A stretch of DNA of 62,689 bases, counting the filler, from Sphacelaria rigidula (taxonomy: Eukaryota), in the NCBI GenBank assembly GCA_964200075.2. It is 5 parts of 5 records of this genome, joined end to end, with 100 filler letters (N's around TTAATTAATTAA, not from the genome) between each part and the next. Parts side by side here need not be neighbours in the genome. Positions count along the whole stretch, not along the records: positions 1 to 12,461 come from CAXNAA020003745.1; positions 12,562 to 25,020 come from CAXNAA020003746.1; 3 more parts are not named here. The stretch is one strand, 5' to 3'. A model generated the notes under the pieces. It was not told the DNA's origin and ran no database searches. It saw only the letters and a list, made by a program, of their open reading frames with translations. Numbering within the stretch: the first letter of the stretch is position 1; every line of letters begins with the position of its first letter. Made by a program: the position numbers and the translations under genes. Of the stretch, positions 9,541 through 23,409 are shown one piece after another.

Positions 9541-12461
9541 GTAAGTGCCCGATTTCAATGCGCTAATGGCTTTTGGTTTGTTGGATGATCATTCTTCCAG
9601 TGGTAACCAAGTAAGCAGCGTTCGATGTCGATAATCTTGTTGAGCAGGATACACTCAGTAAATGGTCGAGAAGGCACCCTCGGAACCTCAATGTTGAACA
9701 AGGTATGCGATCATTATGCGCGTGATATTTGCCATCAACTTCGAGTTGCACTGCTCGAAACACGCTACAGGACCGAAAAAGCACACGAAGGACAAAAGGT
9801 CGAAGGGAATGCCTTGGGAATCGTTTGTGGGTGACGTTCGTTACCTCAAAGCAGCATGAATAGCGAGCAGAAATACGAGCTGCGCCAGCCTGAAAACGGA
9901 CTTGAGCTCTAAAAGCAGTATGTCATCGACATAGACGAGTTGGGGCGTGATGCGCATCCTATCCTATTTATTATTAGCGTAATGTCACCAGCTCCCACAC
10001 TGCAATGAAGTCGGCCCGTTTCCGGATTTCCCGTACTCTCGAGATGAACATGTGGCTCGCGCGAGCACCGGATGCACGAAACACAGGGCACCCCAACCGT
10101 GGTGGCGTGCGTCACGCTTTTACACTCTGAATCGGAGCCATCACAACCAAGCCACAGTCAAGTGGAGTAGTACAATTGGACGGTAACATGATGTTGCACT
10201 CTCTCTCATCGCGCGACAGAACACTACACACGTATGCTGCATTATACCTCGATACCGCCATGTTCGCCACGTCATCTCTATCGCACTCATTGTGTGTTTG
10301 ACAGAGCATGGATCACGTGTCACCCGCGGGGCGGGTTCTCTGCACACCGTGGACAAAATATTCCTTTGTAAAAAAATGCACTGTGCACAGTGTGGAATTT
10401 GTTTTTCATTGCGTTAGACGCAATAGTCGATACTGTACCCAGTACGCTTTTTGACAATAAATTCTTTTGTCCAGGGTGTGGTTGCCTGTTGTTTTGGCAT
10501 AGTTTTCACTTGAAAAATAAGGAAAGACCCATGTGACACCCTGGCGGTAAAGAGGATACATTTTAGAGCTGGCGGCAGAAAGACGTCAGGCTCTCCGGAT
10601 ATTTCTTGGAATCTGATTCTATAGTGGTACCCATGGACAGAGCGAAGGAACGTAGCGGGCGAAGGGGGAAGAGAAGACACTGCATGCCCTGTATTGTACA
10701 GTTCCGTACTGTCCTGTGTATTTTAGTTGGGATTCGGTCTATCTACATGTCACGTGTGTACCGTCCTGTCTGTACGACATCGCCCATTTTGCTGAACAGA
10801 CGCCACGGCGATCATGGCAATACCTACGGACGCAATACGATTCACTCTTAGACCGTGATGCGGGTAGTCCATTCGCGTCACCGATATTTCAGCAGGTGAC
10901 CTACCCTCGCGGTCAAAGGGTTAACGAAGATGGGAGCATAATACAGTCGCCATGACGTTGCTACTGCGGTACACGTCAGGCTCTGTACCTGGGCTCCCTT
11001 TGCCGCTGGGCACAACAAACAAAGCGCGCGGCAGCTCTTTTTACTTCATAATTCGTCGGCGTGCACTTAGCAGGGGAAGAAGGAAAGGAGTAACTTTGAG
11101 ATTTGAAACAATCAATACAGATCACTTGTTCATTTTCGAGCTGGCGGATGGTAGACACGTGAACGAAAGGAAATCGGCTACGCGACGAGTAGTGACAGAT
11201 CAGGCTCCTTCATCGAAGGGGCCTTCATCGAAGGGGCCCCATAACGACCAGTTCTGAGTCATCATTTTTCAATGAATTATGAATAAGTTTGAGCAGGGTC
11301 ACGCACAACGTGCGCAGGTGATGAGCAGCGACGGCTCAAGCCATGTGTTCTTGGTTTGCGGGGGCACCAAGTTCCGCAGTTTTTAGCTCTGATTGTTTGG
11401 GTTGTGTGGTGTGCGTTTCCATGTGCCCTTGTTAACCGGAAATATATTTATGTTCTCCTTCGAGGTGTCCGGATATCCCTTATTCAAGAGGAGATTTCAG
11501 AAAGTGTTTTTTCACCGCCTGGAATTCCCCCCCAAATAGGGTATTTCTGGGCACATACGTTTGAGGATTTTGTTCGGGAGGGGTAGGGGGGGGGTGGCAT
11601 TGCAGCAACCAATCAGCGATCGTTTTCAAGGAAGATAATTTGAGAAAAAAAAAGAACGAGAAATCCCATTCGATGAAAAGGACCCCGGGAGAGTACGGCA
11701 GCATGTTACTGTACTCCTGTACTACGCGTTGGTTGTCCTGGCTCTACATCGAAAGTGTGATCCAGGTCATCACGGTCGGGGTGGTCATGCGGCATTGACC
11801 AGCCACAAGTGTTTTTGCCATAATCCTAGGTTGCACAGATGTCGATGATGCACCCGGGTGCTCATACAATTTTTCTGCTTCGCGGACGTGAGGGTAGAGT
11901 TCAAGGGCAGGTCGAGAAGAGTATGTACTGTTGAGTATGCTCCTGCTCGACGAACGCATACAGGAGAACAATTGACCCGAACGTCCTCCTTGGAGAAAAG
12001 AAAAACGACCGAACGACTCTTGATATTTTCTTCACACCAACTCCAAGGCCGGAGCGTGTACGCTATTTTTGAGTTGTGTGCTTCGAGCCCGAATGCACCC
12101 ACTGGGTTACAGCCCCTTCCAGGGCATGTCCCGCGCTCAGCAGGAATAATCGGACAATGGCGTAATATTTCTGCAGGTTTTGAGGGTCGGCTTGAAAAGT
12201 ACGTGGAAACAAGGATCAACCCCGGAATGTCTCAGTGGTGCGGAGGCTGAAGCTCACGAACACCACGTTCACGACGTGTTGGTAAAATAATAATAAACAT
12301 GTCTGGGAGCGACCTGTCCAACCAGGGCGAGGCGAAATGTATCGACCACATCAGAACGACCAGTGGGGGGGGGGGGGGGGGGGCTGTTGCCGGGAGTGAT
12401 GTCACTGCAAAGTTGGTGTACCCCGTCCCTGGCCAACAGAAAAGCCTTCGAATCAAAAGGA

Positions 12462-12561
12462 NNNNNNNNNNNNNNNNNNNNNNNNNNNNNNNNNNNNNNN
12501 NNNNNTTAATTAATTAANNNNNNNNNNNNNNNNNNNNNNNNNNNNNNNNNNNNNNNNNNNN
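12462..12561. other. Artificial contig spacer (N44-TTAATTAATTAA-N44)
   Basis: The same 100-bp spacer occurs at 25021-25120, 37578-37677 and 50134-50233. Confidence 0.97.
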
Positions 12562-12813
12562 GGAAGCCTGCAACTCATCAGCTTCAGCCCCAACAAACTC
12601 AGCGGCGAGATCCCATCGTGGCTCCGACAGTTCGGGAACTTCCGAGAGCTTCACCTTGGCGTAAACCAGCTCATCGGCGAGGTCCCATCGCCGCTCCGAC
12701 AGCTTGGCAGTCGGCAAGAGCTGTTCTTCTCCGACAAAGTCAGCGGGGAGAACACATCGTCGCTTGGACAACTGTGGAGTCTGCGAAAGCACAGCGATGC
12801 AGCGCCCCAGTAG
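12562..12813 (+). pseudogene. Degenerate intronless LRR fragment (about 3 repeats), truncated by contig start
   Basis: Translates GSLQLISFSPNKLSGEIPSWLRQFGNFRELHLGVNQLIGEVPSPLRQLGSRQELFFSDKVSGENTSSLGQLWSL; the third repeat has lost the conserved Asn, then a stop follows. Confidence 0.7.
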
Positions 12814-13037
12814 GCTACGTCGTTTGCTGAAGCCATCAATATTTTTGATAATAATCGCTTTGCTCCGCTATCAACCGGTGCACTGCAAGGAAGCGCGCTA
12901 CGGCCACATCAAACACCTCACGTGTGCACAGGTTCGTGAGCCTCGGAGTATGGAGGCAGACTGACGGAAGTTGGCAGTTTGGCCGGGAGCTTGTGGGAGA
13001 AACATGAGACGCATGGAGGCTATCCGTCGCTGGATAC

Positions 13038-14600
13038 GTGGGGCGGAGGGACGATTCCCCCCCCGCTACCACCGGATTAACTACACCGGCCGTTCCGGCA
13101 GCGATAAAAGAACTCGCGCAGCGTGGTGCGTGCAAAACGCATCAACGTATTTTACATTCGACATGGTTCCTTCTGGTACGGGCTACCAAAGGGTCAGCCG
13201 CAGCCATCGTCTCACGATGCGAGCACGGCGGCAACCCCGACGGCAAGGAAGCCTGGGTGGAGATGAAAGAGATGCACGGCGGACATGCACAGGAGTGGCC
13301 TGTGCAACTACTCGCATCCGAACGAAGACTGCGAGATTTCCAGTGCATTTCTGCAGAATAATCAGCACGCTTTTTGGTGAAGCTGGACGCCATTTCCGGG
13401 GAACGCGCAACGCCCGGAAACTCCGAAGCCGAGGAGAGTGAGAGGGCAGCCCTTCTATTCGGGATCAATGAGGCCCTCCCACAGACATTCATCCGGCGAA
13501 CATCCCAGCCAGGTAAGACGTAGGATGAGCTAAAACGGGCAGTCGTGGCAGCATCAGCATACCTAACGTCCAGCATGGAACGCCGCGATGAGGCAGTAGC
13601 GTTCCCATCGAGAACGGACAGCAAGAAAACCGACTCGGGGCTCGAAAGCAATCAATGCGCCTTCTGTTTGAAGCGAAATCATAGGTGGCGGAAGTGTCGC
13701 TCCTGTGTCAGCGGTGAACCTCCGGCTGAACGACTGCCAGGGATTGGCCCCGCACGCTTGTCACCACCCCCTCCACGAAACGGCAGAAGTAATGGGAGGA
13801 AGGACACACCGAAGGCATTCATGATGATGAACGTGAGAGTCGAAGATGGGCGAGTAGTATTCATCCTTGACGAACAGTCACACGGAGGTATCAATGCGCT
13901 GCCACTCGGGAGCGAATGTTTACGTGACTCCCTGGAAGCAGGACCTCAGGAACACGTGTATGGTGAATCGAAGGTGAACATTTGGGAACAAGGGGCAGCT
14001 GCAGGCGCTGGCAATGGGAAAGATCCAATTGAGCGTTCGGTGAAAGGAGGCTCCGCCAAAGGTTACACTGAAGGACGCACTGTGTGTGCGTGGACTACCT
14101 CGTCGCCTGTTGAGTACCGGATCGATTCGGCGTGACGGAGGAGAATCCGTGGACCCAGGCAGAAGGAAGAGCTACTCTCGATTCAGATAGGATGAACTGA
14201 AGATCCCCCTAGCCGAGAGTAGGGGGTTCCTAACCCTGTCGGCATCTTTGCAGGGGAGTGGAAAATTTGCGGCGTCGGTGCACGCTTCGTTCTCGAACAA
14301 GAAGCAGCGCTTCACTCTGAAGCAGTGGCACTTTACCTCAGGACACATGGGTCTGGCTGCCATGGAATATCTGGAGAAGCGTGGGCTGATAGATGTATCT
14401 AATACCACGGTGGCGTCCGAGATACGCTGCAGCGTCTGCACGGAAGGCAAGTCCGAGGCACTCAGCCACGGCCGCGGCGGCAGGAGTCCCAAAGCACCAG
14501 GTTAAGTCGTGCACACTGACCTTGAAGGCCCTTTCCATGCCGACGTGATGGGCATGTAATACTTGCAAAATTTCGTGGACGACACTAGTTGAGACGAGCA
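13038..14600 (+). mobile_element. Ty1/Copia LTR-retrotransposon relic (gag, zinc knuckle, pre-integrase, start of integrase)
   Basis: gag-like LLVRATKGSAAAIV...DGKEAW; CCHC knuckle CAFCLKRNHRWRKC; WHFTSGH...CSVCTEGK; VHTDLEGPF...YLQNFVDDTS; several in-frame stops. Confidence 0.85.
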
Positions 14601-17181
14601 CGTAGGGTGTGATGATATCAACTCTCTCGTGTTACCGCTATACGATCATGGAAGGCTGTGCAGATCATGTATTCGGGATGATCCCAAGCCGTGTCTCATC
14701 AAGTTGTTTTCAAGTCGAAAATGTACGGTGAAATTAAATTTGCTCTCACCTGAAACGTCCACGGCATCGATGTTCCCAACCATCTGGGAAAATAAAGAGC
14801 GTGTGCGAATAAAAAACGAGGGGATTCGATTCGACCGCACGTTTTCGAGCCAAAAACAATTTGATGAGACACGGCCTCATACGTAGATTCTCGGGCATGT
14901 TGTCAACCAGGCTGGTGGGAACCAGTACGGTTCAGTACGAGGTACTAACAGGAACGATCCGGAAATCGGTACTTCAGCTAGTGTTCAGTCGAGCCGAAAC
15001 GGCCCCGCGGCTCAACATTGTAAGCCTGTAGTTGGGACTTGAGGCTGAGATTCATAGAGAGAAGATTCAAAATACAGCTGCACACAAGCGGATGACATCT
15101 GATCCAATAATGTCAAGCACGGCGATTCAGCGCCCCACTCGGGTCCGTCGTCCGCTCAACGCGTGAAGATCTTTGGTGACGCTTGCCTTGCTCCACTTCA
15201 AAACGGTGCACTGCGAGGAACCGCCCCACGACCACATCAAACACCTCACAAGTGCATCCAATTTTTGCGCCAGAATTGCGCTGGTTGGGTGCAAGACTTG
15301 GAGCTGTAATAGGGCAAAGGATTTGCTCAAACTTGGGGAGCCAAACAGGTTGGGGGAATCCGTGACTGCAATTGATGACGTGCATTTTTTATTCCCCAAT
15401 GTGAGGAGGTAATGATTACCACCCCGACGGAAACATGTGGCTTTTTTTTCTTCACTGATACATGTGGTTGTATCCGTACATACGCTTTAATGAGCACGCG
15501 TGCGCCATGCCACCATACGGGTTCTACGTTTGGGCCCAGACGTGTTCATTGAGGGATTCCTATAGATCGGAGCTATTGTACACAAGAATTATAGTCAGGG
15601 CAAAATCTACGTTAAAAGTGGATTCGAGAGAGACCCCCTAGCCCATTGGAATGCTGATCGTGGCATGCTCTCACGTTTTTCGGAAGTCGTTTCTCGGATG
15701 AGATACGAACCTTGGGAACGTTTCGTGAAACCCTTCCACGGCATGGTCGATGGAGTTGGAAAGTTCTGTGTATTACACGATCTGCGGGCAGCAGCATTCC
15801 ACGAGTACCTCGCACCGTGTTGGGTGCTGCTGTCTACAGCGGGCCAAGTCGGCACTTGATGGTGGGCACGGACCACAGATACACGAGTGCATTACTTGAC
15901 GGTTCACATGTGTCAGGATGTGCATTCATCCGTAGCGTGGTAGGAAGCACGATTTATGCAGAAAATTGTAGTTGAGCTGGTGAGAGAGCACTGGTAATAG
16001 TAGTAAGTCGAAAGCAAAAATGCAGTTATTGCGAATGCTACGCTTTGGTTACACAAAATGAACATCATGTCTGATGCAAAAACTGACGCATGAAATTCGT
16101 GAGAGCACGCCTTGATTAGTAGGCCAGTGGGCCAGAGATATTTCGAATGAACTACGGAACGGAAATGTCCTCATCCATATTCTTGTTAAGCCCCCAACGT
16201 CATCCATGTACAGGGCATGCAGCCCCCCACACACCCCCCACCCCCAACAACCACACACACTGCACACATACTTATCCAACTCTTCCTCACNNNNNNNNNN
16301 GCAAACCGAAATGCCTCCCCCCCAATCTTGTTAAACCCCCCCCCCCCATCAAAAAAAGAGACACCGTCCCCCCCCCCCCCCCCCCCCTTTGAGGAAGAAA
16401 TAAATGCGGATTATTGTTTTTCATCATGGTCATAACAGTATGGAAAGAACAAGACCTGTCAGATGAGAAACGTCTGGGCCCGAATTTGCAACCCTTGCCA
16501 TGGCAGGACTCATGACTCTCAGAGCTGAAAATTGTGCATGGCGCACGAAAAGAATCAAGACCCACTCCGTCCTCCATCCCTACTTACGGAAAAATTGTTC
16601 AAACATGCACCAAAACGCCCACTATTAATACCGAACTGCTGTACGTGAAGGCTGGGTGTACAACAAGCAGGAGCATACACGTGCCAGCCAGCACGCGCGT
16701 TGTACCATGCCCGACACTGCCATCTCATCTCCACTCAGACAGAGTGATCATGTCCAGTTTATCAGAAACGTGTCAGCGGATGAACTCGCACACGCCTTCT
16801 TCCGGGAAAGACGGTACCCGGACTGACAAAACCACAGCACGAAGACATTTTACACGAAGGAAACGTAACGCCCAGTGACGAAACTATGCGCTGCGTTTGA
16901 TATTTTCCGATTGAGGAGCGATGAACGCCACCCCCTATAACTATGCCTAACACACTTCAAGTAGCCCTTCCGTTGTCCCAGGTGCGGCATACCTTCTGCT
17001 CCCACCGGGCATGAGCTCTGCCTACCACTCCGCTGCGGCCTTTGCCACCGTGCTGTAGTAGTGCGTCGCCGTAATGCAGTAGTGCTGGAGCCCGGTGACG
17101 GAGTATGGTATGGAAGCCACCACTTTGCAGCGACATGTCGGAAATTGATGCCACACATGCATGAAGAAGCAGTGCACGCAA

Positions 17182-17437
17182 GTGTGATGCTACGGTAGGG
17201 ATGTATGAATGTTTTCTGAGGTTAGAACTGATCGGAGCCCTTTATCTCATCCAAAACATGACTTATAAAGTATGTGAGAGTATGCTAGGGTTACTCTTCC
17301 AGTGTGCTGAGGATATTTCAAATTGATTCGCGAACTGGGATGCCTTGACCCATATACTTGTGCATTGAGAATCGTTAGGAGCCCCTGAACCAGATAAGAT
17401 TTTGCGTAAAAAATACTACCCTACCGTAGCATTGCTC
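17182..17437. mobile_element. Non-autonomous DNA transposon (MITE) with TIR ~GAGCAATGCTACGGTAG and 4-bp TSD gcaa
   Basis: TIRs seen; a related empty site lies at ~20477-20540; family copies at 34702-34969 and 58388-59091. Confidence 0.85.
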
Positions 17438-18384
17438 GCAAGTCAAGGTAGGAACGGTCCGAAAGGACCAGATACCAACACCCCTTAATCCCCACGATTA
17501 TAGACGACTCGGGGTTATGCCAGGAAGGGCAGGATTTCAGGACAGTCCTGCACCCCCCGAGGAGTTGGTCACCCCACGGTGATCACATTCACTTCTTGCC
17601 TACCTATAACAAAAGGAAATCATCGCCAGCTTTGGGGTTCCTCCGGGATCAAAACGACATGTCCAACGACGGCCTCCCTTGTAGGTCTGTCTAGCCCAAA
17701 GATACGCCTCCCTCATATTGGCGACACCGGAAAAAATTTCAGGCAAGACAGATCGTAGAGTTGAAGAACAAGAACGAGAACCGGCTTTTCAACAGTGGAT
17801 GGTTTCCTCGCTCAGGCGACGCACGGCGTAAAGTTAGGAGTTGGACGCTGAAATTTTGACAGAACCTCATTATGATCGGCGTGCAAAGCATCACGAGATG
17901 AGGAAAGAAGAGAAGGAAATGAAAAGGAAGTTATGGTTATTAAAAATTCCAACAAAACAAGATGATGTCATGAGTCCCGAAACAAATGAGAATCTGCAGC
18001 TGCTCACGAGACGTATCGTTTCCTTGTATGCAGAAGGTCATGATTGTTGAGCTGAAGAGTCGTCGAATTGGGCCGTACGTGCAACGTTTTGCGTGACTCT
18101 GTAGCACACCACATATACCCAGTGCCAGGTGATTACTGGCGTAAACTCACCGCAATAAAGAGAAAAACGCAACCCGATACGCTATCGCCCAACAAAATCA
18201 GACGCCCCGTACTCTATGCAGTACAACAGCGCCATGGGCAATACGACGCCAATCAAACAGCGACGCAGTCCTTCGTCATCAGGTGGGTCTGCAGTTCACA
18301 GTGATATGCTTATATCGGGTTCATTCGAGAAACTGGGTAAGCTGCGGGGTGAGCAGCTCTCAGCCGCGTTTAAGCTGGCCCAAC

Positions 18385-18520
18385 TCGTGTGTAAATATGT
18401 ACTGTCCGTAATGGACCACCTCACATGGTATGCTTTACTCATCCCGGTGCCGAATGAGCGGGCCATGTCAACAGCCAAAACTCTCATTGATGGAGTGTTG
18501 ACTACATTTGCATTCCGACC
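18385..18520 (+). mobile_element. Ty3/Gypsy integrase fragment
   Basis: KYVLSVMDHLTWYALLIPVPNERAMSTAKTLIDGVLTTF matches the start of the rve integrase core. Confidence 0.7.
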
Positions 18521-21189
18521 AAGAGGTCGAATTTGAACACAAGCTAACATACGCACTGCGACACGAGCTGAGTTTCAACTGAACTCGCACGACGCCGTTA
18601 CGCCCGCCCTGTCGAAACCCTCCCATCCCGTCCTTGGTCCAGACATCTCATTCTCATTACTTCAAGCGCTGACCAAGAATAAAAAACGGGGAAGAAGAAT
18701 ATCGACAACAACCAGTTTTACGGCGAACGGCCACAGTAGAATCCACCGATATACGTCATGCTTGCACCAAAAAATGTTGCCCCGGTGCGGTTAAATTAGT
18801 TTTATCGAATAAGGGGGACGCAACGGGCAAAGTATGTTCAACCCTGAGCACACAGCAAACACCAGCACCGCGGCCTCTGAATTTCACACAACAAAAATCA
18901 TCACCTCCCTAATATTTTCTATACATTTCAGGGCTGTGAACTGGACCAGTTTGACTGGCAGCTTTATCCGGAACTGAAGGTTACCCGGAATTGGTGATGA
19001 GGACTCCAGCTTATCCAGTTTATTTGAAGTTTGCCGTTACCGGCTATGTTTATACCTTTTTTAGTACGTTGAGTTTACAAAAACAATGCTTACATGATTA
19101 CGAGCAAAATGACGGTAGGATTGGGGGTCTGTACCTGGCGACAGTAATTGTACAGACAGTACAGTACTCGTGGCCACTACACCTCGAAGTGATATTGCGG
19201 ATATATGCTAGGTTTGTCGTTTCATAGCACATCTGTAATCAAAAATAGCAAGCAAACGGTGATCCGCGACCACAACATATAAAGTACACCATGGCTTGCA
19301 AGTCAAGTGCATGCGTGCTTGTGGGTCCCGACGTGAATCATTTTGCGCTCTTATCCCCGAGTGCTGCTCTTCTTGCCGATGAACGGTTTTCGAATTGCTC
19401 ACCGCTTTGAATGCGATTTGAATGTCATCCGCAAGTACCCGAAAAACACAGGTTTCGTTTTGGGCACTCCTGTGTCATCCAAGACTTTTGGCTCCTCAAT
19501 GTGAGGGATCACATTTTCTACAATTTTTCACATTATTGAAGGATTGACACGCCAAGTAACGGCAATTATTCTCGCCTCCGGCGGCGCTCCCGCGGGGCCC
19601 CCTCACCAGCCGGGGGGGGGGGGGGGGGGGGCGTTGGCGAGTAAATGGGCGCAGCCGATTAACTGGAAGACAATCGATGTACTGCCCCGCGCCAGCGACC
19701 AGTTTAAACTCAACTGGCCAGAGCAGCCAGTTCACAGCCCTAATATACTCAGTCCCGTGTGGCACTGCGGTACACATGAAGGGGTTTGAGGTGCAATACA
19801 GTATTTTCGCGAGTCACCACCAGTTGGAGGCAGTTGCGCGTCTGAAAAACACGTTTTGAGCAAAAAATGGGGGTCTTTGCAAGCTGCAAACAATCAACCA
19901 AGGGCAGGTCGAGTAGAGTATACTCAATACTCGGTATTTTCAAGAAGTCGTACATTTAGTTCTCAAAATTTGAGTACAGAATTTGAGACCTACTCAAAAA
20001 TTGAGTATTGAGGTCACACCCAAGGGATACTTTATACTCAAGTATTACGGAGAGTGCTTTTTCAAAATTTGAATATAGCGTTGGACGTGATGATCGATTT
20101 ACTAAAAATTTGAGCAGGGTATTTGAGGCGGTACTCGACCTACTTAAAATTTGAGTTGAGTATGTGGTCACGGGTTCGCGAGTCCGGACTCATGTGCTTG
20201 CGTTAGTCGTTTGACCATTGACCACGCATCCCTTTCGGGACGGAAACCGTCCCTACTCCCTGTAGAGACACCTCCAACATTCCGTCGCTCATCACGTTTC
20301 TTTCACACATCACACATTTTACCTATCTTATCCCCGTCCTGTTTCGCCGTCTCCGGCCACCACATATCTCCCAGGGTAGCCATTGTTTTCTCCCTACTGT
20401 CTGATGCATCAAATGACTAGGGGGGGCGGACACCTCTTTGCAGCGACATATCAGAGATTGATGCCACACATATATGAAGAACCAGCGCACGCGGGTACAA
20501 GGTGGAAACGGTCCGAAAGAACCAGATTGTCGACACCCCATGATGTCACGATACTAGACAACTTGGGTTGATGCCAGGAAGAGCCTCATCTCAAGACGAC
20601 CCTGCATCCCCCGAGGAGCTGCTCACCCCACGGCAATCACATCACGTCTGACCCACCTTTTGCCTACGTATCACAATAGGGGTTCCTTCGGCATTAGGAC
20701 GACATCTCCAACGACAGTCTGCCCCGTGGGCCTCTGTTTCCTCTAGCGATATGCCTCCCTAACAAAGACACGAATACGTAGCGTGACCTGGGATGCTTCA
20801 ACTCATCAACCCGAGTTGTGACACGTAGCAGGTGCAGTATGGATGTTATTACTGGACTCCACGAGTCTTGAAGTTGTGGCGTCAGGGTTGTGGGTTCTCG
20901 GGTGTAAATAGCGGAAGTTGTCATTTGTCCAGACCCCAAACCCACCCTACATCTTGTCCTCTATTCGTCGGCCATTTTGTTCCCATTTCATAACTCTCTC
21001 TTGATCACAAGTGTGCGGCAGTGACGCGGGAAGGGGATGTACAAGCTTTGCAGCACGTTGAACTCCGGCTGGATAATCCTGTACGTGAAACTTGCGTTAG
21101 CGCGTCTACCTCAATCATCGCGTTACTCCCCTCCCTTCTCCCACTGCGAACGGAGCAATATCGAAATATTCCGTTATTTTACAAGTAGT

Positions 21190-21640
21190 TACACCAGGAT
21201 CTACGTTATCGCCTGCCTTATTCAAAGTACTCATTCATGACCTGACAAGGATGATAAAAGCGGCACAACAAGGAGTCAAAGTGGGTGATGGTGTGGTTTC
21301 ATGATTGATATTTGCGGATGATTTTGAGGGGATCTCAGGAACGCTGGAATAATCTCATAAGGAAGTGGAGAAGGCGCTAGAAAACTCTAGGAAATGGAGA
21401 GTGACAGCGAACGTCAACAAATACACAGAACTTGTCTGTGACAAAGATGAGAAAAATCCGGTAGAGTCAAATGGAAATGGGGAGAAGAGGTACCGCCGAT
21501 CGTAGACCAGTATACATACCTTGGCGTGAATGAATATGAAAAAAAAACGGTTCTTGGGATGCACACATGAACAAAGTGGTAGAAAACGGCAAGGCACACA
21601 CAGGGAGGATGTACATGATCCTCAGTTCGGGTGCACTTGG
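21190..21640 (+). mobile_element. LINE reverse transcriptase relic
   Basis: LSPALFKVLIHDL ... IFADDFEGISGT ... KWRVTANVNK ... VDQYTYLGV, with stops and frameshifts. Confidence 0.85.
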
Positions 21641-23299
21641 GTGCTCGCGTCTGCACTGAGGCCCGCAGCCCCGGTCACTAAAAGAGTGTCACGTCCAGGT
21701 CCACCGTCGTGACCCCCGTCAAAGCATGAAAACGTTCACACGTCGTACGAGTCAATACTCGTTTAAACGAGTGCACTCGTGGATGTTTTTCGAAAACACG
21801 GCAAGCATAACTTGTGTGCTTGGGTCATTACTTGTTTTCACAAAGAGCAATGACTCGAGTGCTCGCTTTATCAATATTTTTCCACAACGAGCCATGACTC
21901 GAGTCCTCGCCCTATTAATATTTTTCCACAACGAGCTATGACTCGAGTGCTCGCCCTTTTCATTTTTACGGCCAACGAGCAGCCCAACGAGTGCGAGTGC
22001 TACGAGTCACACTCGTGCTCGTCCGACGTATGCGAACGTTAACAAAGATGACCCAACATGGTGTACGGTACTAGGCGGTCCAGTTATTCATGTTGTGTCA
22101 TTTTGTGATTTTTTCTTGATGGACGACTTGCTTGAGCTATTTTCGCTTGCCACCGCTTATCACGTCGGGGCTCTGAAGAGATTTGTATCAGCTCCACGCT
22201 CCAACAAAAAAAAATACTCTGTACTCCATCGGGGGCCCTCCCACGTATCAGCTCAGATTCTTACTCTTCTGTATTTTCGATCGGTCGAGCCCGGCTCAAT
22301 CATTTCTATGAAGAAATATACAGTTTTATTTTCCCGAAATTCTGCCTACTGACTGCACCAGGGCCGAAAAACTGTGTCTCACGGTCAACAACACCCTCCT
22401 GATGAACGGGGTATTTACTCGTTCCCCCCGATAACACCAACTGACAACTCGCTTGAACGCTGTGTTTCAAGGACGATCTGCTTTGTTGTACCAAAATCTA
22501 CCGACGCTGGCAATTTCAAGTTCTATCCAAGAGTAGCAAGAAAGGAAAACCCCCACTTCTGTACTTACCTGTGTACCTGAAAGCCGCTTGCCTTCTCAAT
22601 ATTTCATCTAATACCTTAGCGGGCACGCAGGCTCTCTTTCCTTTCCTTGCGTTGTTTTTTACCGCGAAGGAGAGCGACCACCATGTGCACATACGTAAGG
22701 TAACCCGTGAAAGAATGAAAGCCTTTTGGAGTACGGGTACAAGACGTTCGTGAATCTCCACATTTTCAGCTGCCCTGGAACCAAATGGTGCCAACCTCTG
22801 GTTGAATACACGCCTTCTACAGTAACGGCCAACTTCGAAGAGACCAGATTCGGAAAGAAATCTAGAGTGAGGTTTCCTAAAGAAGAAAAAGTGTTGAACC
22901 CCGACCACGACCCCTGCACTTGAGTCCCATGCACGAGGCGAATGGTAGACCTTTTCCTCAGATGCCGAAACTTGGGCTGATCCTAGTTTTCACTTTCTCG
23001 TATGAGCAAGTTGGTACTGTGTGTAAGCACACCTATTATCTGTTCCCGATAGTTGCCTCGATTGTCGCACATCCACTGGTGCCGTAGGGATCCAGCCGTG
23101 GTCAGAAGATGAACGTGCTTTTCCCAACGTGGAAAAAATCGGAATCATTCGCTCAGAGAAACGTCGGGAAGGGAAGAAAAATGGAGGAAATCGCGAGAGG
23201 CGACCATGTCGTGTCACCACAAATTTGTCGGCGTGGCTTCTCTCTTCACTTTTGGTCGCCGTCTTTCTGTCGCCGTGTTGGGGAAAACGAAATCCTCAG

Positions 23300-23409
23300 G
23301 AAGCCATGTTGACAGGGGTTGCGGCGTGTCGACCGGGAGCTTGCTTGACGGACATTGGGCGTGTAATCCAAGAGGTGGCAGATGCGAACGGCTACGGCAA
23401 CGTTGAGAA
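23300..23409 (+). CDS. Internal exon of methionine aminopeptidase (type 1, M24 family)
   Basis: cctcag acceptor, gtgaga donor; EAMLTGVAACRPGACLTDIGRVIQEVADANGYGNVE resembles the MetAP segment just before the YCGHGIG motif. Confidence 0.7.

Noticed and set aside
10800-10955. Possible downstream ROCO exon (TPRRSWQYLR...)
   Set aside because: An acceptor in the right phase exists, but I cannot support homology.
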